A stretch of 64,000 nt of DNA, taken from Thermoanaerobaculia bacterium. GTDB lineage: Bacteria > Acidobacteriota > Thermoanaerobaculia > Gp7-AA8. Both the position numbers and the translations under genes were made by a program. Positions 1 to 8,324 of this stretch are shown here, piece by piece. Position 1 is the stretch's first letter. Each line of letters opens with the position of its first letter. The stretch covers positions 444 through 64,443 of the forward strand of contig JADGNZ010000035.1 in NCBI GenBank assembly GCA_017883205.1, read 5' to 3'. The notes under the pieces are model-generated. The model did not search any database, was not told the origin of the DNA, and was given only the letters and a program-made list of their open reading frames with translations.

Positions 1-731
1 TTCGCCTGGATGCGCGACTTGAGGTAGAGATTGCCCATCGACGGCTTGATCTTCAACGACTGATCGATCCATTTCATCGCCAGCGCGTTGTTGCCCGAGT
101 CGAACGCGAAGGATGCCGCGCGAGCAGGAGTCGCAGCATCCGTCGGAGCGGCAGCGGCAACGGACGCAGTCGCCGCAGCCATCACGTTTGCGGTGGTGTT
201 CGTGCCGACTTTGAAGAGCACCATCGTGTCGGCCCAGCGTAGCGCGACCACGGCGTCGTCGGTCGTCACGTCAGGAAACGTGATTGTGAACACCTCCGCA
301 TGCGGTCCCTTTTCCGCCTTCGCGGTGACGCGCAGCGCGTCCTGCGCCTGTTCGTAGTTGAACGAGCCCCACTGCTTTGCGGTCTTGTTGAAGATCAGCG
401 TCCACGAATCCTTCCCCGGGATCGTGTGTAACGAGTAGGCACCCTTCGGCAGCGGCTTGCCGTCGATCGTCACGTCTTCGCTGAACGTGATCTGCGTCGC
501 TTCGTTCGCGCCGGTGCGCCAGACCTTGTCGTACGGGACTAGCCCGCCGAAGATCGTGCGGCCCTTGGCGACGGGACGGCTGTAGTCGATCGTGATGTCG
601 GTGAGCCCGACTGTTTGCGTGATGACCTGATGCTGCGACACGCGCGGAATCTTGAGTGGCGCGGCCTGCTGCGCGACCAACGGAAGCGTGGCCGAGGTGA
701 GAAAAAGACAAATCGCAAGGTACTTGCGCAT
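1..731 (-). CDS. DUF2911-family secreted protein (3' end runs off the window)
   Basis: Manual translation: MRKYLAICLF (signal peptide)...PRVSQ...QTVGLTDITIDYSRP..KGRTIFGGLVPYDKVWRTGANEAT; RBS aaggag upstream. Not in the ORF track because it is truncated. Confidence 0.85.
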   Translation of the reverse strand, partial: MRKYLAICLFLTSATLPLVAQQAAPLKIPRVSQHQVITQTVGLTDITIDYSRPVAKGRTIFGGLVPYDKVWRTGANEATQITFSEDVTIDGKPLPKGAYSLHTIPGKDSWTLIFNKTAKQWGSFNYEQAQDALRVTAKAEKGPHAEVFTITFPDVTTDDAVVALRWADTMVLFKVGTNTTANVMAAATASVAAAAPTDAATPARAASFAFDSGNNALAMKWIDQSLKIKPSMGNLYLKSRIQA

Positions 732-808
732 TGAAAAGCTCCTTTCGGTTTCGTAACCGGGGCCGGATCGTAGCAAAACGGCAGGGAGGGTCGGTAAACT
801 GATGGTGT

Positions 809-928
809 CGGGTTGTGGGGAGTTGGGTGTGGGGTGTGGGAGCAGAATCAAAGGAACCGCAAGCGTCGTCGATATGCGCTTCGCTGCTTTTGCTCCCACC
901 CCCCACTCCCCTACTCCCCACACCCCCG
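809..928. repeat. Intergenic inverted repeat of GGGAGTG/GGGTGTG-type heptamers
   Basis: Left arm gggttgtggggagttgggtgtggggtgtgggagc; right arm gctcccaccccccactcccctactccccacaccccc. Confidence 0.85.
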
Positions 929-946
929 GACACCAAGGAGAACCTC

Positions 947-1576
947 ATGGTCGCCATCCGCTTCACAGGAAACTACGAAGACCTCTCGACTGACCGCGGC
1001 TATCAGTTCAAGTTTTTCTGCGAGAAGTGCAACAACGGTTACATGTCGAGTTTCAACACCTCGACTGTCGGAGTCCTCAGCTCCGCTGCGCGCGTGGCCG
1101 GAAGCCTGTTCGGAGGCGTCTTCGGAAACGTCGCCAACAGTTCGTACGAGGTGCAGCGCGCCATTGGCGGTCCGGCGCACGACAGCGCGCTGAAGGAAGC
1201 GGTCGATGAGATCTCGCCGATCTTCAAGCAGTGCACGCGCTGCGGGCATTGGGTCTGCGAGCCGGTCTGCTGGAACAAGAAGGCCGGCCTTTGCGAGACG
1301 TGCGCGCCGGACATGGACGAGGAGCTGGCGGCGGCACAGGCCGAGGCGGCGCGGGAACAGGTGCAGACAAAAGCGCGCGAGGTGGACTGGACGAAGTCGC
1401 GCCAGATCGATCAGGTCTCCGGCGCAGTCTGCGCATCGTGCGGCGCGAAATCGCAAGGCGGCAAGTTCTGCCCCGAGTGTGGCACCGCCTACTCCGCGAA
1501 AAAGAAGTGCGCGTCCTGCGGGCATGAGGCCGAGGGGACGCCGAAGTTTTGTCCGGAGTGTGGGGGGAAGTACTGA
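947..1576 (+). CDS. Zinc-ribbon (double zinc ribbon) domain protein
   Basis: ATG at 947 after aaggag; many CxxC pairs (CEKC, CTRC, CETC, CASC, FCPECG twice). Confidence 0.8.
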   Translation: MVAIRFTGNYEDLSTDRGYQFKFFCEKCNNGYMSSFNTSTVGVLSSAARVAGSLFGGVFGNVANSSYEVQRAIGGPAHDSALKEAVDEISPIFKQCTRCGHWVCEPVCWNKKAGLCETCAPDMDEELAAAQAEAAREQVQTKAREVDWTKSRQIDQVSGAVCASCGAKSQGGKFCPECGTAYSAKKKCASCGHEAEGTPKFCPECGGKY

Positions 1577-1592
1577 GCTCTCTTGAAAACCG

Positions 1593-1655
1593 TTTCACGC
1601 GGAGACGCGGAGAAACGCGGAGGATTTCTCCGCTCCTCCGCGTCTCCGCGTGAAA
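1593..1655. repeat. Hairpin of CGCGGAGA octamers between convergent genes
   Basis: Perfect 20-bp inverted repeat tttcacgcggagacgcggag / ctccgcgtctccgcgtgaaa. Confidence 0.85.
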
Positions 1656-1660
1656 AGCCT

Positions 1661-2668
1661 TTAACGCCTTCGCCCAATCGCGATCTGCTCTTCTAGAAAA
1701 TCGCGAAACGACACACCCGCCTCCCGCAGTTGCTGGGGCACGAGCGAGCTACTCGTGAGCCCCGGCAGCGTATTCCGCTCCAGAAAGTAGAGCCCGTCGT
1801 CCGCGAGGATCAGATCGCTGCGCGAGTACCCTTCGCAGCCAAGAACGGTGTGCGCGACTAACGCCATCTGCTGCGCTTCGTCGCGGATCGCGTCGGGGAT
1901 CTTTGCCGGACAGATCTCGCGGGTTCCCTTGCCGAGGTATTTGCCTTCGTAGTCGAAGGCGAAGCCGGGATCAGTTTCGATCTCGATCACCGGCAGCGCA
2001 CGAGGTCCGTTCTCGCCGTCAACGACACCCACAGTCAGCTCGCGGCCGGCGATGAACTGCTCGAGGATGTAGGGGACTTTCAGCGCGTGGATGGCCGCCA
2101 CGATCGGAGCGAGATCGGTGGTCAGGTCGACGAAGAAGAGACCGCGTGACGAGCCACCGGCGACCGGCTTGAGCACGATCTTCTCGTGGCGCTTGAGCAT
2201 CGTGGCGATGCTGCCATCGATCGCGCGGACGTCGTCGACGACGAGCGATTCGGCGACGCGCAAGTGGTTCTCCACGATCTCCTTCGCGCGTCCCTTGTCG
2301 AAGGCCGCCGCGCTCGCTGCCGACCCTGAGCCGGTGAACGGAATCCCGCGCGCTTCCATCAGACGCTGCACGCCGCCGTCCTCCCCTTCGCCGCCATGAA
2401 GCGCCAGAAGAAAGACGGGATGCTCGACCGGGAGAGTGTCGAGGGCTTGTTCGAGGTCGGGCCAGATGGCCGGCCGCGACGGCTCGAAATCGTTCGTGAA
2501 AGGGTTCTTGTGATGCAGCAGATCGTCGCGATGAACGTCGTGCACCGCGCCGCTCGGAGCCCAGAACCACGCCAGAGGCGCATCGAGTGACCGGACGATA
2601 TTTTGCGCCGATGCTACCGAGACGTGCCGCTCATCGCTGCGGCCGCCGAAGAGAACGATGACTGTCAT
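1661..2668 (-). CDS. ddl: D-alanine--D-alanine ligase
   Basis: VLFGGRSDERHVS, LHGGEGEDG, PFTGS, KPVAGGSS, LEQFIAGRELTVG, FDYEGKY, NTLPGLT motifs; start placed at MTVIVLFGG. Confidence 0.9.
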   Translation of the reverse strand: MTVIVLFGGRSDERHVSVASAQNIVRSLDAPLAWFWAPSGAVHDVHRDDLLHHKNPFTNDFEPSRPAIWPDLEQALDTLPVEHPVFLLALHGGEGEDGGVQRLMEARGIPFTGSGSAASAAAFDKGRAKEIVENHLRVAESLVVDDVRAIDGSIATMLKRHEKIVLKPVAGGSSRGLFFVDLTTDLAPIVAAIHALKVPYILEQFIAGRELTVGVVDGENGPRALPVIEIETDPGFAFDYEGKYLGKGTREICPAKIPDAIRDEAQQMALVAHTVLGCEGYSRSDLILADDGLYFLERNTLPGLTSSSLVPQQLREAGVSFRDFLEEQIAIGRRR

Positions 2669-2690
2669 TGAATGTCCATGGTGCGTTCCG

Positions 2691-2792
2691 GCGGGAGTCG
2701 GGGGTCGGGGGTCGGAGCAAGGCTGCACGATCAAACGCTCGCGCGCTACGCCGCACTTCTCCGACCCCCGACCCCCGACTCCCGACTCCCGC
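2691..2792. repeat. Intergenic inverted repeat of GGGGTCG/GGGAGTC heptamers
   Basis: gcgggagtcggggg tcggggg tcggag ... ctccgacccccgacccccgactcccgactcccgc. Confidence 0.85.
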
Positions 2793-2835
2793 GAGCCGTC
2801 GAATATCACAATCGCACAGCGCGTTGCGCGCGCAT

Positions 2836-3327
2836 ATGCCGCTGCGAACCAACTCGCTGATCCTCGTCCTCCTCCTGTTCGCGACCACCGCCTCGGCCGC
2901 CGATCTGCACGACGTCAACGACCCCGCCAGGATCAAGAGCTTCTTTCCTCGGAACGCCAGGATTCGCGTCGTGAACATCTGGGCGACGTGGTGCGTCCCC
3001 TGCGTCGCCGAGATGCCGGATCTGCGCATGATCAACGCGGCGTTCGGTCCGGAACTGACGATGGTGGGGGTGTCGATGGACGACATGATCCCGGGCGCGA
3101 AACGCGAGAACGTAGCCCGCTTCCTCGACCAGCATTGGATCGGCTACCTCAATGTTTACTACAAAGGCAACGCCGACGATCTCTCCAGCTACTACCATTT
3201 CGAGGGGGAAATCCCCGTGACGATCGCCTTCGATGCGGCCGGACGTGAGGTCTGGCGCCATCAGGGCCCGATCAAGAGTGGAACGACAATTGACGAGCTG
3301 CGGAAGCTGCTCAGGAGGATGCATTGA
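2836..3327 (+). CDS. TlpA-family thiol:disulfide oxidoreductase
   Basis: Signal peptide; VNIWATWCVPCVAEMPDL; cis-Pro IPVT. Confidence 0.85.
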   Translation: MPLRTNSLILVLLLFATTASAADLHDVNDPARIKSFFPRNARIRVVNIWATWCVPCVAEMPDLRMINAAFGPELTMVGVSMDDMIPGAKRENVARFLDQHWIGYLNVYYKGNADDLSSYYHFEGEIPVTIAFDAAGREVWRHQGPIKSGTTIDELRKLLRRMH

Positions 3328-3923
3328 AAAACATGCTGAGGTCAGTGCTTTCGCTTCTGCTTCTCGTTTCCGCCGTTGCCTGCGCCAACGCCGACGAGCT
3401 GTCGATCGGCGCGAAAGCGCCGCAGTTCTCGCTCGTGAATGCCGTCGACGGCAAGACCGTCGCCTTTCATCCCGGCGACGGCAAGGTCTCCGTCGTCGTC
3501 TTCACCTGCAACCAGTGCCCCTACGCGAAGGCGTTCGAGCCGCGCATCATCGAGCTGGCCAAGCAGTATCAGGCGAAAGGCATCGCGTTCTACGCCATCG
3601 ATTCGAACGATGAATCGCAGTACTCGGAAGAGTCGATGGCGGAGATGAAGTCGCGCGCCACGCAGAAAGGCTATCCCTATCCCTACCTCAAGGACGACAA
3701 CAGCGCGATCGCCCATGCGTACGGCGCCCGCGTCACGCCGCACGTCTACGTGATCGACGGCAGCGGCACGCTCCGCTACCGCGGCTACGTCGACGACAGC
3801 GCCAAACCGGAGGAGCGCCGCACGACCGGCCTCGCCAACGCGCTCGACGAACTGCTCGCCGGCAAGACGGTGTCGAATCAGACCACGCGCGCGTTCGGAT
3901 GCACCATCAAGTTCAAGGCGTAG
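3324..3923 (+). CDS. Thioredoxin-fold redoxin (AhpC/TSA-like), secreted
   Basis: FTCNQCPY, YPYLKD, YGARVTPHVYVID, YRGYVDD, GCTIK; overlaps the upstream stop. Confidence 0.85.
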   Translation: MKNMLRSVLSLLLLVSAVACANADELSIGAKAPQFSLVNAVDGKTVAFHPGDGKVSVVVFTCNQCPYAKAFEPRIIELAKQYQAKGIAFYAIDSNDESQYSEESMAEMKSRATQKGYPYPYLKDDNSAIAHAYGARVTPHVYVIDGSGTLRYRGYVDDSAKPEERRTTGLANALDELLAGKTVSNQTTRAFGCTIKFKA

Positions 3924-3969
3924 GTCGGCTACGTCAGCCTGCATCTCTCGCATTTGCAGGGAATTCCAA

Positions 3970-4180
3970 TCGAGCGCCTTCTCCCCCACGCTTTTCAGTG
4001 GGGGAGAAGGTGGCGAAGCCGGATGAGGGGGCATTTGACGTCGCGGCACCGTTGCCAAGCAAGAGCCGCGACGTGACGTCACGCCCGGCCTGAACCTCGT
4101 GTCCCGTCGATTGCACAACACCCCTCATCCGCCTTCGGCACCTTCTCCCCTCGAAAAGCACGAGGGGAGAAGGCGCTCGA
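3970..4180. repeat. Inverted pair of REP-like CCTTCTCCCC..GGGGAGAAGG elements
   Basis: Outer IR tcgagcgccttctcccc / ggggagaaggcgctcga; inner ggatgagggg / cccctcatcc; a third copy lies at about 13060. Confidence 0.85.
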
Positions 4181-4294
4181 CGCAAAGGGGTCGCTAAAAA
4201 GTTTGAGGATGGGGTGGCGCGAAAGGGGTGCATCGTCTGTGGAAATCGTCACGATCTGGCTGGTTTCCACTCGACGGTTGATGACCGCACCGTC

Positions 4295-4499
4295 GAGAAC
4301 AAGAGATTGTCCTCGAAAGATGACGATTCCACTCAAGAGCTGGTGGGATTGCCTTGAAGACAAGTTGATTTCACTCAAAAGATCGCGACATCGCCTTAAA
4401 ACAAGTGGATTCCACTTAAAAGATCGCAACATCGCCTTAAAACAAGCCGATTTCACTTAAAAGAAGGCGACATCGCCTTAAAACAAGTGGATTTCACTT
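4295..4499. repeat. Tandem array of 20/21-bp units (41-bp period in 4377-4499)
   Basis: aaaagatcgcgacatcgcctt + aaaacaagtggattccactt, three times with variants; four degenerate units upstream. Confidence 0.85.
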
Positions 4500-4580
4500 G
4501 AACGATGACGGCGTTGACACATCCCCATCGCTGAGCGCCACGCCAGGACTGTTCCAGCATGAGGCGAATTGGGCAGGAAC

Positions 4581-5597
4581 TCACTCGGACGACTTCCCTT
4601 CTTCCGAATCGAGCCAGGGACTGGCGTGAACGATGTCGCCGCGAACCTCCATACGGCCGGCCATGAATCCGAGTACGCGCTTGCCAGGCGTCTCCGGGGA
4701 TGGAGGGACGACTTCAGCGACCGGTTTGCCGAATCGCGTGATGGCCACGCCGCGCACCACCACCGCCGCGATCAGGATGCCGATCGCGGCGGAGGCGAGC
4801 ACGTCGCTCGTCCAGTGGCGGAAGGCGAGCACACGCGAGACGGCGACGGAGAGCGCCAGAAGAAACGCGGCAATGCGCATCGTGCGCGAAGGCGAGGCGA
4901 GCATCAGCACGCCGCCGAGGGCGAAAGCGCCGACGGTGTGGCCGCTGGGAAAGGATGTCGCGGCGGCGCGAGCGTGCTGGAACGGTCCAAGCCAGAGCTC
5001 GGGACGCGTGCGGCCGGCGGCGTACTTGATGATCTGGACGGCGATCCCGGCTGCCGCTCCGCTGAAGGCCATCGCCACGGCGTAGGCAATCCAGCGGTGA
5101 TAGCGATAGGCGACGCCGGCGATGAGAAAGAAGAGGACGACCATGGGCGGATTCATGCCGCCGCCGAAACGGTTCGCGAAACGGATCGTGTCCTGAATCC
5201 CCGACGACTGCACGCGCTCGGCCCAGGCGGTCACCGGCGCGTCGGCGAGCCGCCAGATGAGCGCGATGACCATCGCCGCGCACACGGCGGCGATCGCGTC
5301 GATCTTGCGCATGCGCAGGCGCGTCGCCCGCACGAGCGTCCAGGCCTCCGCGAAATCGTGCGCCACGTAGCCGGTGGACGGATGAAGAATCACGAGCGCG
5401 AAGAGGCCGGCGATGAACCAGAAGGCGATGTCCCACGAGGGCGCCTCGCGGCCCAGAAACGACAAGTCATCGACGCCGAGTTGGGCGTGACAGCAAACGT
5501 TGTTGATCGCGATCGCCGGCGACGGCCAGAAGACCGACAGCGCGAGCAGGGCGATGAACGCCGCGGCGGCAAGACGGCGCTTATTGTCGATAGACAT
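4581..5597 (-). CDS. PAP2-family membrane phosphatase with a Phd/YefM-like C-terminal tail
   Basis: C1 KYAAGRTRP, C2 SFPSGH, C3 SRVLAFRHWTSDV; multiple TM helices. Confidence 0.85.
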   Translation of the reverse strand: MSIDNKRRLAAAAFIALLALSVFWPSPAIAINNVCCHAQLGVDDLSFLGREAPSWDIAFWFIAGLFALVILHPSTGYVAHDFAEAWTLVRATRLRMRKIDAIAAVCAAMVIALIWRLADAPVTAWAERVQSSGIQDTIRFANRFGGGMNPPMVVLFFLIAGVAYRYHRWIAYAVAMAFSGAAAGIAVQIIKYAAGRTRPELWLGPFQHARAAATSFPSGHTVGAFALGGVLMLASPSRTMRIAAFLLALSVAVSRVLAFRHWTSDVLASAAIGILIAAVVVRGVAITRFGKPVAEVVPPSPETPGKRVLGFMAGRMEVRGDIVHASPWLDSEEGKSSE

Positions 5598-7125
5598 CGA
5601 ACCATTTTCCGATCATGCGCAAGGACGTGACGACGTGATAACCGTTGAGCGCCGGTGCGATCTCGTTCGCGTGGGCGCGTGCGGTCACGATCACTGGGGG
5701 TTTTGTTTTCGCCAGCATCTCCGGATCCGCGTAGACGACGCGCTCGTACTCGCGCGGAAAATCGCGCGTCCAGAGGTAGGGCGCGGCGTAGAGCGCGATC
5801 TGTTCCGGGGGCACTTGCTGTTGCTGCAATGCTTTCACTAGCGGGCGCGTGGAGACGAGATCGTTGACGACCGGCATCAATGCGATGGCGATGAATGCCA
5901 TCGCGATGATCGGAACGAGGCCGGTGGCGATGGTCGATGTCGTGAGCGACGCGCGTGTCGCAATTAGAAAGGCGATGATGGCGGCAGTGGCTGTGACGAT
6001 GAGGAGTGTTCGTACTTCGGGGAGGCGGATGAGGGCGGACTCGGGGCCTTTGATGCGGGTTGGGGAGAGGAGGAAGGCGGCCATGGCGATGAGGGCGATG
6101 AGGGCGTTCGCGATGAGGTTGGCCGCCGGGCCGGCGGCGGACCAGCCGGCGGGCCGCCGGCGCTCCACCAATTCGCGGCGCTCCGCCTCGCCTACATAGC
6201 GCGAGATCAGGAGGGCGATGGGGGGGATCATGGCCATCATGTAGACGTCGAGTTTGCTGCTCATGATCGAGTACGGGACGAGCACGGCGATGATCCAATT
6301 AATGAGGAAGCGCTGCGTGCGCCAGAGAGCGGCCACGGCTACGCATCCGAGGAAGAACCAGGGGAAGAGCGATGCGGGGAGGTGGGCTGCGTAGAACCAC
6401 GGCGGGGCGTTGTGGACCCATGAAGCGATGGCGCGGCCGACGGTCTGCTTGACGATGACGTCGTGCGTGTACGCGCCGCCGCCGAGAATCATCGCCGGGA
6501 TGAACCAGAGCAGCGGGATCACGATCATCGCCAGAAGCGCGGGCGCGTAGTTACCGCGCGGCGCGCGGCCGCGGCGCCACCATTCCAGACCGAAGAGCAC
6601 GACCGCGATCACGGGCGCCATCGGGCCTTTGATCAGAATGGCGACGCCAATGGCGATGCCGCACCAGAGCAGCGCTCGAAAATCATCACGCTCGAAGAAG
6701 CGCTCGAGCTGCCATAGCGCCAGGACGATGAAGGCGGTGAAGGCGACGTCCATGCGCGCGCTTTGCGCCGACGTCCACACCATCATCGACGAGCCGCAGA
6801 CGAAGGCAGCGAGCGGACCACCCATCCGCCACAGCAACCAGAGCAGAAAGACGAGGCCCATCAGCGACGGGAGTACGAACGCCCACGTCGAGTAGACGCC
6901 GAGGGGAAAGGTGAGAAGGTCGATGAGCCAGAAGTGCAGCGGAGGTTTGTGCGTGAACGGCATGCCGGTCAAGGTCGGCAGAAAGAACGCGCCGGTGGCT
7001 CGCATCTCGCGAACGACCTGACCGTATTTCGTTTCGTCGCCGACGAAGAGATCGCGCTGCATCGGGGTGATGAGCGCGGCGAGGACGAGTAGTGCGACTG
7101 CGGCTGTGGTGATTGAACGCGGCAC
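5581..7125 (-). CDS. ArnT/GT83-family glycosyltransferase
   Basis: DETKY..VVREM, HKPPLHFWL, ARMD, LIKGP, SKLDVY motifs; polytopic membrane protein. Confidence 0.85.
   Translation of the reverse strand: MPRSITTAAVALLVLAALITPMQRDLFVGDETKYGQVVREMRATGAFFLPTLTGMPFTHKPPLHFWLIDLLTFPLGVYSTWAFVLPSLMGLVFLLWLLWRMGGPLAAFVCGSSMMVWTSAQSARMDVAFTAFIVLALWQLERFFERDDFRALLWCGIAIGVAILIKGPMAPVIAVVLFGLEWWRRGRAPRGNYAPALLAMIVIPLLWFIPAMILGGGAYTHDVIVKQTVGRAIASWVHNAPPWFYAAHLPASLFPWFFLGCVAVAALWRTQRFLINWIIAVLVPYSIMSSKLDVYMMAMIPPIALLISRYVGEAERRELVERRRPAGWSAAGPAANLIANALIALIAMAAFLLSPTRIKGPESALIRLPEVRTLLIVTATAAIIAFLIATRASLTTSTIATGLVPIIAMAFIAIALMPVVNDLVSTRPLVKALQQQQVPPEQIALYAAPYLWTRDFPREYERVVYADPEMLAKTKPPVIVTARAHANEIAPALNGYHVVTSLRMIGKWFDVYRQ
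6121..6167. repeat. REP-like GC palindrome inside the ArnT CDS
   Basis: Minus strand tGGAGcgccggcggcccgccggctggtccgccgccggcccggcggcc. Confidence 0.6.
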
Positions 7126-7138
7126 GGAGCGCTATCTT

Positions 7139-7210
7139 AATCTGCGTCGATCTGCGCTCATCTGCGGATGAGAATCTTTATCCGCAGATGACGCAGATCG
7201 ACGCAGATAC
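7139..7210. repeat. Hairpin of ATCTGCG/CGCAGAT 9-10-mer repeats
   Basis: atctgcgtcgatctgcgctcatctgcggat ... atccgcagatgacgcagatcgacgcagat. Confidence 0.85.
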
Positions 7211-7237
7211 AAAAAGAGCCGCCTTGCCGGCGGCTCT
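7211..7237 (-). terminator. Intrinsic terminator of the DUF465 gene
   Basis: gagccgcc-ggcaa-ggcggctc followed by TTTTT on the minus strand. Confidence 0.75.
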
Positions 7238-7262
7238 GTTGATCAGGTGTGTCGTCGATCCG

Positions 7263-7499
7263 CTACGCCATCGCGTTTTGATTCTCGTAGGTGCGGATCC
7301 GGGCGGCCATCTGGTCCTTCAACTGGAGTTTTCGCTTCTTCAACGTTTTCTCTTCGAGCTCTTCATCGGTGGAGACCTCGTTCTTCGCTATGAGCTCACC
7401 AAGCCGCGACTCGCATTCATGATGTTCGTCGAGCCACTTGCGGAACTCGTTGTCTTCGGTGCTGAGAATCCGTTGAATGTCAGCGATTTGATTCGACAT
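7263..7499 (-). CDS. DUF465/YdcH-family small coiled-coil protein
   Basis: EFRKWLDEHHECE...LKKRKLQLKDQM; RBS ggagg. Confidence 0.85.
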   Translation of the reverse strand: MSNQIADIQRILSTEDNEFRKWLDEHHECESRLGELIAKNEVSTDEELEEKTLKKRKLQLKDQMAARIRTYENQNAMA

Positions 7500-7679
7500 C
7501 CTCTATCCTCCTTCGAAGTACCTTCATTGGAAATTGTAGCACTCTAGAGGCGATCTTTCGATCACGCTAAGTAGCTTCGATTTCATGCAGTTGAGACTGC
7601 AATCGGCGCGCCGCATGATTTCCTGACGGCAGCGCGCACGCCTTCCCATCGGCTCAGCCTTTGCACTACCATCCGCGAA

Positions 7680-8324
7680 ATGTCGAAAGTGCCGTGGGCG
7701 CCTGAGGGGTGGCTGTTCCTGATTCCAGTCCTCATCCTGACTGCGGCGGCGCTGCTGATTCAATGGACGATTGCCGCCATCGTTCTCGGCCTTCTGGCCA
7801 TCTTCATCATCAACTTCTTCCGCGATCCGCGCCGTACCGGCTCCGAGCATCACGTCGACGTCCTCTCCCCCGCCGACGGCACCGTGGTCCAGATCAAAGA
7901 CGTCGCCGACGGCGACATCTGGCCCGGCCTCACGCGCCAGGTCAGCATCTTCATGTCGGTCTTCGACGTACACGTCAACCGCGCGCCGATCAGCGGGCGG
8001 ATCATTCACTACCGCTACAACCCGGGAAAGAAGATCGCGGCGTTCGCCGAGAAGTCATCGACAGAGAACGAGCAGAATCTCATCGTCATCGAGGACAAGC
8101 ACGGCGCGACGCTGGCCTTCAAGCAGATCGCCGGGTTGCTGGCGCGGCGCATCGTGTTCGACAAAAAAGAGGGTGACGAGGTCGTGCGCGGCGAGCGCGT
8201 CGGCATGATCAAGTTCGGTTCGCGCGTCGATATGTTCTTCCCCGCCAGCGCGCTCATCAAGGTCGGCATGCGCGACAAAGTGAAGGTCGGACTGACCGTC
8301 GTCGCGGAGCTCGGAGCGAAATGA
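7680..8324 (+). CDS. psd: Phosphatidylserine decarboxylase proenzyme
   Basis: FFRDP, SPADG, SIFMSVFDVHVNRAP, NEQN, QIAGLLARRI, FGSRVD cleavage site. Confidence 0.95.
   Translation: MSKVPWAPEGWLFLIPVLILTAAALLIQWTIAAIVLGLLAIFIINFFRDPRRTGSEHHVDVLSPADGTVVQIKDVADGDIWPGLTRQVSIFMSVFDVHVNRAPISGRIIHYRYNPGKKIAAFAEKSSTENEQNLIVIEDKHGATLAFKQIAGLLARRIVFDKKEGDEVVRGERVGMIKFGSRVDMFFPASALIKVGMRDKVKVGLTVVAELGAK

Noticed and set aside
1661-2668. VanA-type D-Ala-D-Lac ligase
   Set aside because: The omega loop has Tyr (FDYEGKY), as in D-Ala-D-Ala ligases, and there are no vanH/vanX neighbours.
3899-4460. Short ORFs over the REP doublet and the 41-bp array
   Set aside because: They overlap repeats and have no recognisable RBS or motifs.
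4377-4499. CRISPR array or mini-array
   Set aside because: The would-be spacers are themselves repeats, and the 41-bp period is too short.
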